Assembly (NCBI GenBank): GCA_043803815.1
Contig: JAZDJR010000018.1
Location: 1-64,000, forward strand
DNA length: 64,000 nucleotides
Origin: Candidatus Micrarchaeota archaeon
GTDB lineage: Archaea > Iainarchaeota > Iainarchaeia > Iainarchaeales > JAGVWC01
Reading direction: 5' to 3'
Part shown: piece after piece, positions 8,125-17,802 of the stretch
Layout: each line of letters begins with the position of its first letter
Position numbering within the stretch: position 1 is the stretch's first letter
Position numbers and translations under genes: made by a program
The notes under the pieces: generated by a model
Database searches by the model: none
What the model was told of the DNA's origin: nothing
The model's input: only the letters and a program-made list of their open reading frames with translations

Positions 8125-9576
8125 ATGCAAAATCTCAAGTCGGTTTTTAAAAACACCTGGGAAATTCCAAAGTCCGGAAAAATGAATGTTCCGATTCGCC
8201 TGTACGCCAATCCGACAATTTTGAAAACAATCGACCAAACGACCATCGAGCAGGCCAAAAACGTGGCTGCTTTGCCCGGCATTGTCGGCAACATGCACCT
8301 GTTTTCGGATGCCCATGTGGGATACGGAATGCCGGTCGGCGGAACAGCGGCTTTTGACGCCAAAGAAGGGATTATTTCGCCCGCCGCCGTGGGCTACGAT
8401 ATCAATTGCGGCATGCGCTTAATGCCCACCAATTTAAGCAGCGGCCAAGTCAAGCCCAAAATTAAGCAGTTAATGGACGAGTTGTTCAAAAAAGTGCCGG
8501 TCGGTCTGGGAAGGCAAGGAATTGCGGATTTGTCCAAAAAGGATTTTGACGAGGTTATTATTTCCGGCGCCAAGTGGGCGGTAAAAAACGGTTATGGCTG
8601 GAAAGAAGACTTAAAGCGAATCGAGGAAAACGGCTGCATTAAAGGAGCGGATAGTTCCAAGGTATCCAAAAAAGCACTGGAGAGGGGGCGCGAACAAGTG
8701 GGAACCTTGGGCAGCGGAAACCATTATCTGGAAGTGCAGTTTTCAAAAGCCCAAAATATTTTTGACGAAAAAACCGCTAAGGCATTCGGATTAAACGCAA
8801 GCGAAAAAAAAGACCAGGTTGTTATTATGATTCATTGCGGTTCGCGCGGATTCGGGCATCAGGTATGCACCGATTTTGGGCAGCTGTTTGTGGATGCCAT
8901 GAAAAAATACGGCATTCAAAACGTGGGGCGTGATTTGGCCTGCGGCCCGTTTCAAAGCGAAGAAGGCCAGAATTATTATGCGGCCATGGCTTGCGCGGCG
9001 AACAACGCGTTTGCGAACCGCCAGGTAATCATGCACCGAACGCGCCTCGCGTTTGAAAAAGTATTCGGGGAAAAGGCCGAAGACTTACAGATGCATTTGA
9101 CGTACGATGTTGGCCACAATATGGCCAAACTGGAAAAACATTTCGTTGACGGAAAAAAACAATGGGTAGTGGTGCATCGAAAAGGCAGCACGCGCAGTTT
9201 TGGGCCGGGCGAAAAAGACTTGTGTGAAAAATACCGGAAAACGGGGCAGCCCGTGATTGTCGGCGGCAGCATGGAAACCGGAAGCTACCTGTGCGTGGGA
9301 ACCCAAAAGGCGATGAAGGAAACTTTCGGTTCTACTTTGCACGGCTCCGGGCGCACCATGTCGCGCCAGTCGGCCAAGGAAAAATTCAGGGGAGAACAAT
9401 TGCAGTCGGACATGGAAAAGCGCGGAATATTTGTGAAAGCCGCTTCCTTGCAGGGACTTGCCGAAGAAGCCGGAGGCGCCTACAAAAACATCAACGATGT
9501 GATTGATTCGATGCACGGCGCGGGCATCAGCCTGAAAGTCGCAGCGTTAAAGCCGATGGGAAATATTAAGGGATAA
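8125..9576 (+). CDS. rtcB: tRNA-splicing / RNA repair ligase RtcB
   Basis: DAHVGYG, GYDINCG, GSGNHYLE, HCGSRG, HRKG, HGSGR, AYKN motifs. Confidence 0.98.
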   Translation: MQNLKSVFKNTWEIPKSGKMNVPIRLYANPTILKTIDQTTIEQAKNVAALPGIVGNMHLFSDAHVGYGMPVGGTAAFDAKEGIISPAAVGYDINCGMRLMPTNLSSGQVKPKIKQLMDELFKKVPVGLGRQGIADLSKKDFDEVIISGAKWAVKNGYGWKEDLKRIEENGCIKGADSSKVSKKALERGREQVGTLGSGNHYLEVQFSKAQNIFDEKTAKAFGLNASEKKDQVVIMIHCGSRGFGHQVCTDFGQLFVDAMKKYGIQNVGRDLACGPFQSEEGQNYYAAMACAANNAFANRQVIMHRTRLAFEKVFGEKAEDLQMHLTYDVGHNMAKLEKHFVDGKKQWVVVHRKGSTRSFGPGEKDLCEKYRKTGQPVIVGGSMETGSYLCVGTQKAMKETFGSTLHGSGRTMSRQSAKEKFRGEQLQSDMEKRGIFVKAASLQGLAEEAGGAYKNINDVIDSMHGAGISLKVAALKPMGNIKG

Positions 9577-9583
9577 ATAAGGA

Positions 9584-10018
9584 ATGAAAAAAATGGCGGA
9601 CGAATTCGACGCGATTCGGAAAATTTTGGCGATGAAAACGATTGCCGTTGTGGGATTGTCTGGCGACCCGCAAAAAGACAGTTACAAAGTCGCGTTGTAC
9701 ATGAAAAATCACAAGTACAAAATCGTTCCCGTGAATCCGACGGCAACCGAAGTGCTCAATGAAGTGTGCTATCCGTCTTTGGTCAAGATTCCGGGGGAAG
9801 TCGCTTCCAAAATCGACGCGGTGTTGGTGTTTCGCAAAAGCGAGGACGTGCTGGCGGTTTTGATGGAAATTATCGAACTGCACAACTCGTACGGAAAAGT
9901 AAAAGCCATGTGGCTGTCGGAAGGAATTCAAAACGATTCCGCCAAAGCGTTCTGCCAAAAAGCGGGGTTGCTGTTTGTCCAAAACCGATGCATGAAAAAA
10001 GAACGCGAATTATTGTGA
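9584..10018 (+). CDS. CoA-binding protein (YccU-like)
   Basis: IAVVGLS, PVNP, VFRKSE, QNRCMK. Confidence 0.9.
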   Translation: MKKMADEFDAIRKILAMKTIAVVGLSGDPQKDSYKVALYMKNHKYKIVPVNPTATEVLNEVCYPSLVKIPGEVASKIDAVLVFRKSEDVLAVLMEIIELHNSYGKVKAMWLSEGIQNDSAKAFCQKAGLLFVQNRCMKKERELL

Positions 10019-10026
10019 CAAAGAAA

Positions 10027-10515
10027 TTAGCGGGTTGTAATGAGCCGGACCCAAAATTGGAGTTCTAAAAAAATAAAGGTTAGTGAAATTACAGAATACG
10101 AAAAGGTAAGCCCGCTTAAACTCGCGCCGGTTTTGGAAATGGCTTCAATATTTTTTTCTTTCAACTGCACAAAAATTTTTTTTTCCTGTTGTTTAATCAA
10201 AAACCAGTTCAAAAGCAAAATAATCAAAAGTACAAGCGGTATAACGCTTTGGTCTGCTATAAACGTGTAGACCGAACTCAATACAAAAATAATCAAAAGC
10301 GCTGGACTTGTAAGCAAATCAAAAAAATATTGAAGTCGGGATGAAAAAAACCTGCCGATCAGTTTCTCTTCAATAGAATGCTCGGGGGAAACCGGTGTTA
10401 CATTTACGGTATATTTCGAGTATTGATTGGGGGAAATTGTTTTCGAGTCGTTTAAATTTCTCGGAAGTATAAAAACTTTTGTTTCAGTTTTAAAAAATTT
10501 ATCCAGTAGCGACAC
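10027..10515 (-). CDS. Hypothetical membrane protein
   Basis: About three hydrophobic helices; AT-rich; downstream of ferredoxin. Confidence 0.6.
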   Translation of the reverse strand: MSLLDKFFKTETKVFILPRNLNDSKTISPNQYSKYTVNVTPVSPEHSIEEKLIGRFFSSRLQYFFDLLTSPALLIIFVLSSVYTFIADQSVIPLVLLIILLLNWFLIKQQEKKIFVQLKEKNIEAISKTGASLSGLTFSYSVISLTFIFLELQFWVRLITTR

Positions 10516-10535
10516 ATTGTTCCTTCAATTCAGCA

Positions 10536-10757
10536 CTAAATGAGCCGTTTTCCGTTTTCGTCTTCGATGTGGATGACATTGACGGGGCAGGCTTTGGCGG
10601 CATCCAGGTTTTTTTGCAGGTCTTTTTCGTCAAACTCGCGAATCAATAAATGCGCTTTTCCGTCATCGCCCACTTTCCAGACGTCAGGAGCAACCGCCGC
10701 GCAAGCCGCCGCGCCGATGCAGCCGGCACTGTCATACACAATTTTATACTTAGCCAT
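10536..10757 (-). CDS. Monocluster ferredoxin
   Basis: CIGAAAC...ACPVNVI. Confidence 0.92.
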   Translation of the reverse strand: MAKYKIVYDSAGCIGAAACAAVAPDVWKVGDDGKAHLLIREFDEKDLQKNLDAAKACPVNVIHIEDENGKRLI

Positions 10758-10928
10758 AGGTTAAAACACCGAATAATCCAAAGGGTGCATTCGAATAAAA
10801 ATACCACGCAACCGGACTAAAACCCCCCGAATCGGCGATTAACCCCCAAAAACCCCAAACCATAAAAACATTAACTATTTAACGGGAAAGTAGAAATATT
10901 TAAATGGTTGTTGGTGGGGTAATAAGAT

Positions 10929-13900
10929 ATGGCGAATCGAGGGTTTTGGGGTTTAAAGGGCCTTTTTGCCCTGCTTTTGACTGTTTTACTTTTGGCTTTG
11001 GTTTTGCCTTCGGTTAGCGCCGCAACCGGCGTTACCACAACTCCGACGCAAATCGATTTGCGTTCGCAAAACGGCTCTTCTTTTGAAAATTCGATTATTG
11101 CCAATGCTAACGACCCGATTGACGTCCAGCTCGGGGTTTTTTTGGATGAAACCACGGGCGCTTCTTCAACGACTAATATTCCCGTGCAGGCGTACGCCAA
11201 AATAGAAGGATTGCAGACCAACGGAAGCTGGGTAATGATTGGACAGACTCCGACAGAGGACGCCTTGATGAATTTGTTTGAAACCCGGACGTTTAACTGG
11301 AATAATATTTTTACCGTCCAAAACGGCTATTCGCAGTACCGCGTGTCGGGTTATAGCCGTTCGGGAAACGAAAGAGCTTACAACGGACCGATTTTGGCGT
11401 TTGTGAACCGCGTTTTGCAGAACGGCAACTGCAGCCAAATCAGGATTAATTCTTTTGACGTGCAGATTAACGAAAACGACCAGCGCGATTTTTCATTTTC
11501 GAGTTTCAACGATTCGGACAGCACGTTTCGCGTCGATTCCCTGAATTTTTCCGGAAGCCAGAGCAATTTCACGATTGCCAACCGCAATTCCGACACCGTC
11601 ATTTCAAGCCACAGCAGCGGCACGGTCCGCTTTCGCATCAACTCGTTCGGAGTTGACCATGATTTGGATAACGCGGTGTCCCTGCGGGTATCGGGCCACT
11701 TCGACAATCCGTCCTTGTCCTGTTCGGAAAGCCAAATCGGCTACCGCGATTTCACGGTCCGCATCCTGAACACGGGCACTTCCAATTCCTCGATTTGCCA
11801 AAACATCCGCATCGCGCCTTTTCCGATTACCGCAATCGGCAATACTTCTACCGACCGCAAATTCACGGTGTTTAACACTTCCACCCAGCGGTTTTTTATC
11901 CAGAACTCGAACGCAACACCAAGCAACAGTTTTTTCGCGTTTTCCGGAAGTTCGTTTGACCCGTCCATTCCATCCGATTCCGCGGGAACCTGGCAGATTC
12001 ACTTAAACACCAACCCTATTTCGTCGGAAACAAGCGGAAATGCCAGCCTGCAATTGGCAGGCAATTTTGAAAACGGCACCGCATGCTCGCTTAATGACAT
12101 TACTCAAAACATCGGCGTTACGATTTTGCCCGTTGGCCGGGTTGCGGCCTGCGCCAATATTCTCATTGAAGCGTATGACGACCAATTAAACGAAAACGAC
12201 AGCAAGGACTTGATTTTTCGGGTGGACAATTCGACAAGCCGACGTTTTACCATCAGTTCGGTCGAACTGACCGAAGACAGCCCGGATTTGCAATTAACGC
12301 TTGTTTCAAAGGACAGTTCAATCGGATCGGGCCAAACCGGCGACATTCGGATTCGCGCCAGTTCCGATTCTTTTAGCGGCGACCAAAGCATCGGCGCCAC
12401 GATTCGCATCCGCGGAAACTTCGACGACGGAACCACATGCAACCTGACCAATATTCAGGCGCCTTTTCAAATTCGCCTGATTGCCGACACGTTCGGCAAC
12501 AACGACAACGGCGGGGTTTTTGACAACGGTTCCACGAGCGCGGACTGCTCGCAGTTAAACCTGGACACGGCTTCGGTTTTTGTCGCCGGTGGAACCTCCA
12601 ATACGGGGCAGTTCCAATTGGAAAACAATTCCAACCGGACTTTTTTCATTGAAAACGTCGACGCGTACGACAATTCCGACCGGATTACGGTAACTCCGGG
12701 GCAGTTCGATTCTTTTGTCCGGCCAAACGACACCGCAACCGTTTCGGTCCGTGTGGCAGCCATCAGCACTACCGACCGTTTTACGGACACGGGATTTGTC
12801 CGGATTGCGGGGCGATTCGCCAACGGCAATACCTGTTCGCTTTCGTCGGTTTCCACGCGTTCGTTTCCCGTGCTGGTTAATTCAAGTTCAATCGACAATT
12901 CGACTTCCGGCATCTGCCAGGATGTTTCACTGACCGTTCCTTCAACAGTTTCGATTAACCAAAGCGGGAACGTTTCTTTTTCCGTCAACAATCCCACAAG
13001 CCAAACCGCGTGGGTTTTTTTGCGCGGAAACGGGACAACGGTTTCTCCCAATACGTTTGCCATTAACGCCAACAGGAGCCTGACTTTCAGCGCAACCATC
13101 CAGTCCAACATCAGCGGACCTTCCAATCTTGAATTTTTCGTGGTCGGAAACGACTGCCAGGGGCAATCCAAATTCGCGCGCATTGAAAACGGTTCCAGCG
13201 GCTCGTTTTCTCCAGGGGGATTCACCAACGACATCTCGATTGTGTTTGTTCCAAGCGAAACCGTTTTTGTCAAGCAAACCACGGTTGTTATCAGCGTCAA
13301 AAACAATTCAAGTGTTCCCCAAACCGTAACGGTTTCCTTGAACGGTTTTTCTTCCGCCTGGTTTTTGGACAAAAAAACCGTTGCACTAGTGCCGAGCGAA
13401 ACCAAAACGGTTTACCTTGATGTTTTTTCCAACAACCGGTTCGGTTCGTTTAACGGCACTGTAACCGCGTCAACATCCAGCGGCCAAACCTCCAAAACAA
13501 TCGTGCTTCACGCCTTGCAAAGCAGCGTGATTGCAACCGAAATCCGATTGTCGCCGAGCTTTAAGACCGTCGGAAACAACACCGAAGTTTCAATTGCGGT
13601 TTCCAACGATTCGCTCCAGCAAGTGCAGGGAACCCTGCAACTGGAAAGCCAGGAAGGAACAGTCATTGACCAAGCGGCCTTGACGGTTAATCCCAGCGAA
13701 ACCAAAAATGTCGTGTTTACTTTGGAAAACCAGCGCGGATTGGATGCGGGACGAAACCTGACCGTTCGATTCTTGCTTAATGACGGACGCGAGGCATTTT
13801 CCTCGTTTGCCGTATTGTCCAATTCCGGCTTGCTTGGCTTTGGAACCGCTTTTGCATCATTAAGCCCCCAAAGCGTATTTTGGGGCGGCATTATCCTCGT

Positions 13901-14153
13901 AATCATATTGTTATTGATTATTGCCTGGTGGCAAAGCAAGCAAAAAAAGTCCTGGCAAAAGATGAATCCTTTGCCCGAAAGCCTTGTTCCGCAAAGCCAA
14001 TCAGAACCGATAGCGACGGTTCTTCCTGCGACTGCCCCAGCGGCTGCCTCGATTCCGATCCCCGCGGTAACCCAAACCGTGACCGTAACCAAGGTTGAAA
14101 AGACCCCAATAAACGAGCCGCTTAGCCGTTTTTGGTTTTTGCGGCGCTCGTGA
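10929..14153 (+). CDS. Large secreted, membrane-anchored surface protein with Cys-bracketed Ig-like repeats
   Basis: Signal peptide (..PSVSA), S/T/N-rich beta repeats, C-terminal TM followed by KQKK and a P/T/A-rich tail. Confidence 0.88.
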   Translation: MANRGFWGLKGLFALLLTVLLLALVLPSVSAATGVTTTPTQIDLRSQNGSSFENSIIANANDPIDVQLGVFLDETTGASSTTNIPVQAYAKIEGLQTNGSWVMIGQTPTEDALMNLFETRTFNWNNIFTVQNGYSQYRVSGYSRSGNERAYNGPILAFVNRVLQNGNCSQIRINSFDVQINENDQRDFSFSSFNDSDSTFRVDSLNFSGSQSNFTIANRNSDTVISSHSSGTVRFRINSFGVDHDLDNAVSLRVSGHFDNPSLSCSESQIGYRDFTVRILNTGTSNSSICQNIRIAPFPITAIGNTSTDRKFTVFNTSTQRFFIQNSNATPSNSFFAFSGSSFDPSIPSDSAGTWQIHLNTNPISSETSGNASLQLAGNFENGTACSLNDITQNIGVTILPVGRVAACANILIEAYDDQLNENDSKDLIFRVDNSTSRRFTISSVELTEDSPDLQLTLVSKDSSIGSGQTGDIRIRASSDSFSGDQSIGATIRIRGNFDDGTTCNLTNIQAPFQIRLIADTFGNNDNGGVFDNGSTSADCSQLNLDTASVFVAGGTSNTGQFQLENNSNRTFFIENVDAYDNSDRITVTPGQFDSFVRPNDTATVSVRVAAISTTDRFTDTGFVRIAGRFANGNTCSLSSVSTRSFPVLVNSSSIDNSTSGICQDVSLTVPSTVSINQSGNVSFSVNNPTSQTAWVFLRGNGTTVSPNTFAINANRSLTFSATIQSNISGPSNLEFFVVGNDCQGQSKFARIENGSSGSFSPGGFTNDISIVFVPSETVFVKQTTVVISVKNNSSVPQTVTVSLNGFSSAWFLDKKTVALVPSETKTVYLDVFSNNRFGSFNGTVTASTSSGQTSKTIVLHALQSSVIATEIRLSPSFKTVGNNTEVSIAVSNDSLQQVQGTLQLESQEGTVIDQAALTVNPSETKNVVFTLENQRGLDAGRNLTVRFLLNDGREAFSSFAVLSNSGLLGFGTAFASLSPQSVFWGGIILVIILLLIIAWWQSKQKKSWQKMNPLPESLVPQSQSEPIATVLPATAPAAASIPIPAVTQTVTVTKVEKTPINEPLSRFWFLRRS

Positions 14154-14194
14154 CGATGCCTTTAAATACCTTTTTTGAGGATATTGGTTATTAT

Positions 14195-14320
14195 ATTCTT
14201 GATAAAAGCAAACTGCCTTCCAGCCGAACCGGTTGGGATGTAACTGCGGCATAAGCCTTTTTTTTACAAGAATGGGAAATTAAAAGCCTTAATGGCAATA
14301 GCCGGCTTTGGCTGAAAGGC
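14195..14320 (+). promoter_or_regulatory. Structured 5' leader of the uL3 operon
   Basis: TTTAAATA at 14161; ATTCTTG/CAAGAAT closing stem; 9-bp hairpin TTCCAGCCG-AAC-CGGTTGGGA. Confidence 0.5.
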
Positions 14321-14339
14321 CCCCAAAGGAAAGAAAACA

Positions 14340-15509
14340 ATGCCAAAAAAATCGAGACCACGAACAGGCAGTCTGGCGATTCGACCGCGCAAGCGCGCAA
14401 AAAAAGAAACCCCAAGCTTTGCCACTTATTCAAAAACAAGCGTGAAAAATTCCGCGGTTAATTTTATGGGTTACAAGGCCGGCATGCTTCATTTGCTGGT
14501 CAAAAACGAAACCCCCAAAACCACGAGTTTTGGACAGGAAATTTCCCTGCCCGTAACCGTAATCGAATGCCCGCCTTTGAAAGTATTCGGCTTGCGCGCG
14601 TATACCACCAACCTGCAGACCCGCGGAACCCGCGTATTAATGGAAGTCAACGCGGAAAAAACCGATGTGCACCTTGGGCGAAAAATAAAATCGTTTAGGA
14701 AAAAGCACGGCAAGGAACAAAAAAATTCTTCTTCTAAAACGGACACCGAAAAGAAAAAACACGGTTCCCGTTCGCTTGAAGACCTTGAAAAAAACAAATC
14801 CCAAATCGTAGGATTGCGTTTATTGGTTCACACGCAAATCGGATTGACCAACACGGGCAGAAAAAAGCCCGACGTGTCCGAAATTGCGCTGAACGGTTCC
14901 ATTGACGAGCAGTTGGCGTTTGCCAAGCAAAAACTCGGACATGAACTGAGTGTCAGCGACGTACTGGAAAAAAACCAGCTGATTGACATTAAAGCGGTTA
15001 CCAAAGGAAAAGGAATGCAAGGGGTCATCAAGCGGCACCGCGTCAAAATGCAGCGCCACAAAGCCAAAAACACGCGAACCGTCGGCGCCATTTCACCTTG
15101 GCATCCGCCAACAGTCATGTGGACGGTTGCGCGGCCTGGACAAATGGGTTACCATAATCGGACCGAATTCAACAAACGAATCGTTCAAATCGCAAACCCG
15201 AAACAATTAAACGTCACTCCAAAAGGCGGCTTTTCGCATTACGGCGTATTGCAAAACGAATACGTGCTGGTCGCCGGTTCGATTGCGGGACCACCCAAGC
15301 GATGCATCGCACTACGGCCCGCGGTCAGGCCGTTTGGCGCGCGCAATTTAAAGCTCGGCGAAATTTCGAATTTTTCAACCATGGATTTTAAAAGCGAAAA
15401 CGCGGATGAACCCATCAAGGCTCACAAAGTGGTTCTTGAAAAAACGGAAAAAGCCGTGCACAAAAGCGTGGAAGACGAATTAAAGGAAGCCACAAAGGTA
15501 AAGGCATAG
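14340..15509 (+). CDS. rpl3: 50S ribosomal protein uL3
   Basis: RPRTGSL..RPRKRA, GYKAGM, TKGKGMQG, GQMGYHNRTE. Confidence 0.98.
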   Translation: MPKKSRPRTGSLAIRPRKRAKKETPSFATYSKTSVKNSAVNFMGYKAGMLHLLVKNETPKTTSFGQEISLPVTVIECPPLKVFGLRAYTTNLQTRGTRVLMEVNAEKTDVHLGRKIKSFRKKHGKEQKNSSSKTDTEKKKHGSRSLEDLEKNKSQIVGLRLLVHTQIGLTNTGRKKPDVSEIALNGSIDEQLAFAKQKLGHELSVSDVLEKNQLIDIKAVTKGKGMQGVIKRHRVKMQRHKAKNTRTVGAISPWHPPTVMWTVARPGQMGYHNRTEFNKRIVQIANPKQLNVTPKGGFSHYGVLQNEYVLVAGSIAGPPKRCIALRPAVRPFGARNLKLGEISNFSTMDFKSENADEPIKAHKVVLEKTEKAVHKSVEDELKEATKVKA

Positions 15510-15519
15510 GAAAATCGAA

Positions 15520-16329
15520 ATGAAAGCAATTGTATTTAATTTATCGGGGCAAAAAGCCAGGGAAATCGAACTTCCTTCGGTGTTTAACACCCCAATCGAC
15601 ACCGGCCTGATTAAACGCGCCGTACTGGCGATTCAATCAAGCCGACTCCAGCCCAAGGGAATTTTTCCCGGCGCAGGACGCCAAAACACCGGTGTCATGG
15701 TCGGCGTGCGATGGCTTCCGACATCCGAGCGAAGCATTAACGTGGGGCACGCCCGATTGCCAAGAATGAAAAACCGCCGCAACCTGTTGGCCGGACGCGT
15801 AGTGAAAATTCCGCGCGCCGTCGGCGGACCAAAAGCGCATCCACCGAAAGTGCAAAAAAATATCGTTGAAAACATCAACAAAAAAGAAAAGCAAAAGGCA
15901 TTGATGTGCGCGATTGCGGCGACTGCAAGCCAAAAAATGGTGAATCAACGCAGCGATTCCACGGGACAAATGGTTGTTCCGCTGATTGTGGAAAATGCGT
16001 TTGAAGGATTGGCCAAAACCAGCGAAGTAATCAAGGTATTGGAAGCAATCAAGGTTTTTTCGGAAATCGAAAATGCCAAGAAAAAGAAAAAAATCCGCGC
16101 GGGAAAAGGAAAGCGCCGCGGCAGAAAATACAAGCGGAAAAAAAGCATTTTAATTGTTACCGCCAAAAGCGCGAAAGTCTACAAAGGCGCGCGCAATCTG
16201 GAAGGAGTCGATATTGTCGAAGCCCGCAATTTGAACGCGGAATTATTGGCTCCCGGAACCAAAGCGGGACGATTAACCGTCTGGACCGAAGGCGCGGTCG
16301 CAGAAGTCCAGAAATTGTGGGGAAAATAA
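15520..16329 (+). CDS. rpl4: 50S ribosomal protein uL4
   Basis: GGPKAHPPK, IRAGKGKRRGR, LAPG..AGRLTVW. Confidence 0.98.
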   Translation: MKAIVFNLSGQKAREIELPSVFNTPIDTGLIKRAVLAIQSSRLQPKGIFPGAGRQNTGVMVGVRWLPTSERSINVGHARLPRMKNRRNLLAGRVVKIPRAVGGPKAHPPKVQKNIVENINKKEKQKALMCAIAATASQKMVNQRSDSTGQMVVPLIVENAFEGLAKTSEVIKVLEAIKVFSEIENAKKKKKIRAGKGKRRGRKYKRKKSILIVTAKSAKVYKGARNLEGVDIVEARNLNAELLAPGTKAGRLTVWTEGAVAEVQKLWGK

Positions 16330-16341
16330 AATTGAATAGTT

Positions 16342-16632
16342 ATGGCTGAAACCAAAAAAGTCGCAATGCCCGCGGAACTTGCAAGCGTTCTTTTGTATCC
16401 GTTGGTGACGGAAAAAGCCGTCGGCATGATTGAAACGCAGAACAAGTTGTCGTTTGTGGTCAAGGATTCGGCTTCCAAAATCGACATCAAAACCGCTATT
16501 GAAAAACAGTTTGGCGCAAAAGTGATTAATGTCAATGTGATTCGCGACCGAAAGGGAAGAAAAAAAGCGTTTGTCAAGCTGGATTCCAAATCAAAAGCCA
16601 GCGACATCGCCATCAAGCTCGGAGTTATCTGA
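16342..16632 (+). CDS. rpl23: 50S ribosomal protein uL23
   Basis: PLVTEKA, NKL.F.V, KKAFVKL. Confidence 0.97.
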   Translation: MAETKKVAMPAELASVLLYPLVTEKAVGMIETQNKLSFVVKDSASKIDIKTAIEKQFGAKVINVNVIRDRKGRKKAFVKLDSKSKASDIAIKLGVI

Positions 16633-16646
16633 AATTCGGTGAAAAC

Positions 16647-17372
16647 ATGGGAAAAAGATTGCGGGCACAACGGCGCGGAAAAGGTTCGTTTACCTTTATG
16701 GCGACAAAAAACGCCAAAGCCGACGTGCATTATATTGTGCCCGACGAGCACCAGCTCGAAGGAATCCTGCGCGGACAAGTCGTGGACTTGGTGACCGACA
16801 AGGGACGGACCGGAATTTTAGCCCGGATATTATTTGAAGACGGACAGCGCGAATTTGTCGTTGCCGCCGAAGGAATCATGCAGAACCAATGGATTGAATA
16901 CGGAAACAAGGCCGACCTTCAAGTCGGAAACGTTTTGCCCATCAAAATGGTCCCCGAAGGCTGCCCGATTTTTGCGGTCGAGCGCCACTCCGGCGACGGC
17001 GGAACGCTTATCCGCTCGGCGGGATTATACGGGATTGTCATGTCCAAAGACCGGGGAAAAGCGTTTATCCGCCTTCCCTCAGGCAAAAGCGTTACGGTCG
17101 AGGAAAACTGCCGCGCAACTATCGGCTGCGTAGCCGGCGGCGGAAGAAAAGACAAGCCGTTTATGAAAGCAGGAGCCCGTTTTTTTTACATGAAAAAACG
17201 GCGCCATCATTATCCGGGCATTCGCGGAGTCGCCATGAACGCGGTCGACCATCCGTTCGGCGGAAGCCAGCATCACGCGGGAAAATCCAAGAGCACGTCG
17301 CGCAACGCGCCTCCCGGACGAAAAGTCGGAGCGATTGCCTCAAGCCGCACGGGACGCAAAAAGAAGAATTAA
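16647..17372 (+). CDS. rpl2: 50S ribosomal protein uL2
   Basis: MGKRLRAQRRGKG, RGVAMNAVDHPFGG. Confidence 0.99.
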   Translation: MGKRLRAQRRGKGSFTFMATKNAKADVHYIVPDEHQLEGILRGQVVDLVTDKGRTGILARILFEDGQREFVVAAEGIMQNQWIEYGNKADLQVGNVLPIKMVPEGCPIFAVERHSGDGGTLIRSAGLYGIVMSKDRGKAFIRLPSGKSVTVEENCRATIGCVAGGGRKDKPFMKAGARFFYMKKRRHHYPGIRGVAMNAVDHPFGGSQHHAGKSKSTSRNAPPGRKVGAIASSRTGRKKKN

Positions 17373-17384
17373 GGTGAATAAAAA

Positions 17385-17792
17385 ATGGCTAAAAAAGAAT
17401 TTTCATTTCGCGGAAAAAGCACGGATGAACTGTCCAAGCTGTCCCTGCAGGAATTCGCGAAGCTGTGCCGTTCGCGCCAGCGCCGAAGCCTGGGCCGCGG
17501 ATTCGACAAGACCGTCCTAAAGCAATTGGACGGCGCGATTGCCAAAAAAAACGCGGGCAATGAACCCAAGCCGGTTCGCACGCACCGCCGAAACATCGTT
17601 GTGATTCCAAAAATGATCGGCCTCAAATTCAGCATTTACAAGGGAAACGCGTTTGACACCGTCGACATCAAGCCTGAGATGCTCGGGCATTTTTTGGGAG
17701 AATTTTCATTGACCCGAAAGCGAATGCAGCACGGAAAAGCCGGAATCGGAGCCACCAGAAGCTCTTCGGCCGTTACCCAGCGCAAAACATAA
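17385..17792 (+). CDS. rps19: 30S ribosomal protein uS19
   Basis: RTHRR, PEMLGHFLGEFSLTRK, GIGATRSS. Confidence 0.98.
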   Translation: MAKKEFSFRGKSTDELSKLSLQEFAKLCRSRQRRSLGRGFDKTVLKQLDGAIAKKNAGNEPKPVRTHRRNIVVIPKMIGLKFSIYKGNAFDTVDIKPEMLGHFLGEFSLTRKRMQHGKAGIGATRSSSAVTQRKT

Positions 17793-17802
17793 GTGATTCA
17801 AA

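Noticed and set aside
10815-10960. C-rich and G-rich tracts between ferredoxin and the surface protein gene as an origin or invertible switch
   Set aside because: Match is short and imperfect; no ORB motif, cdc6 or recombinase nearby.
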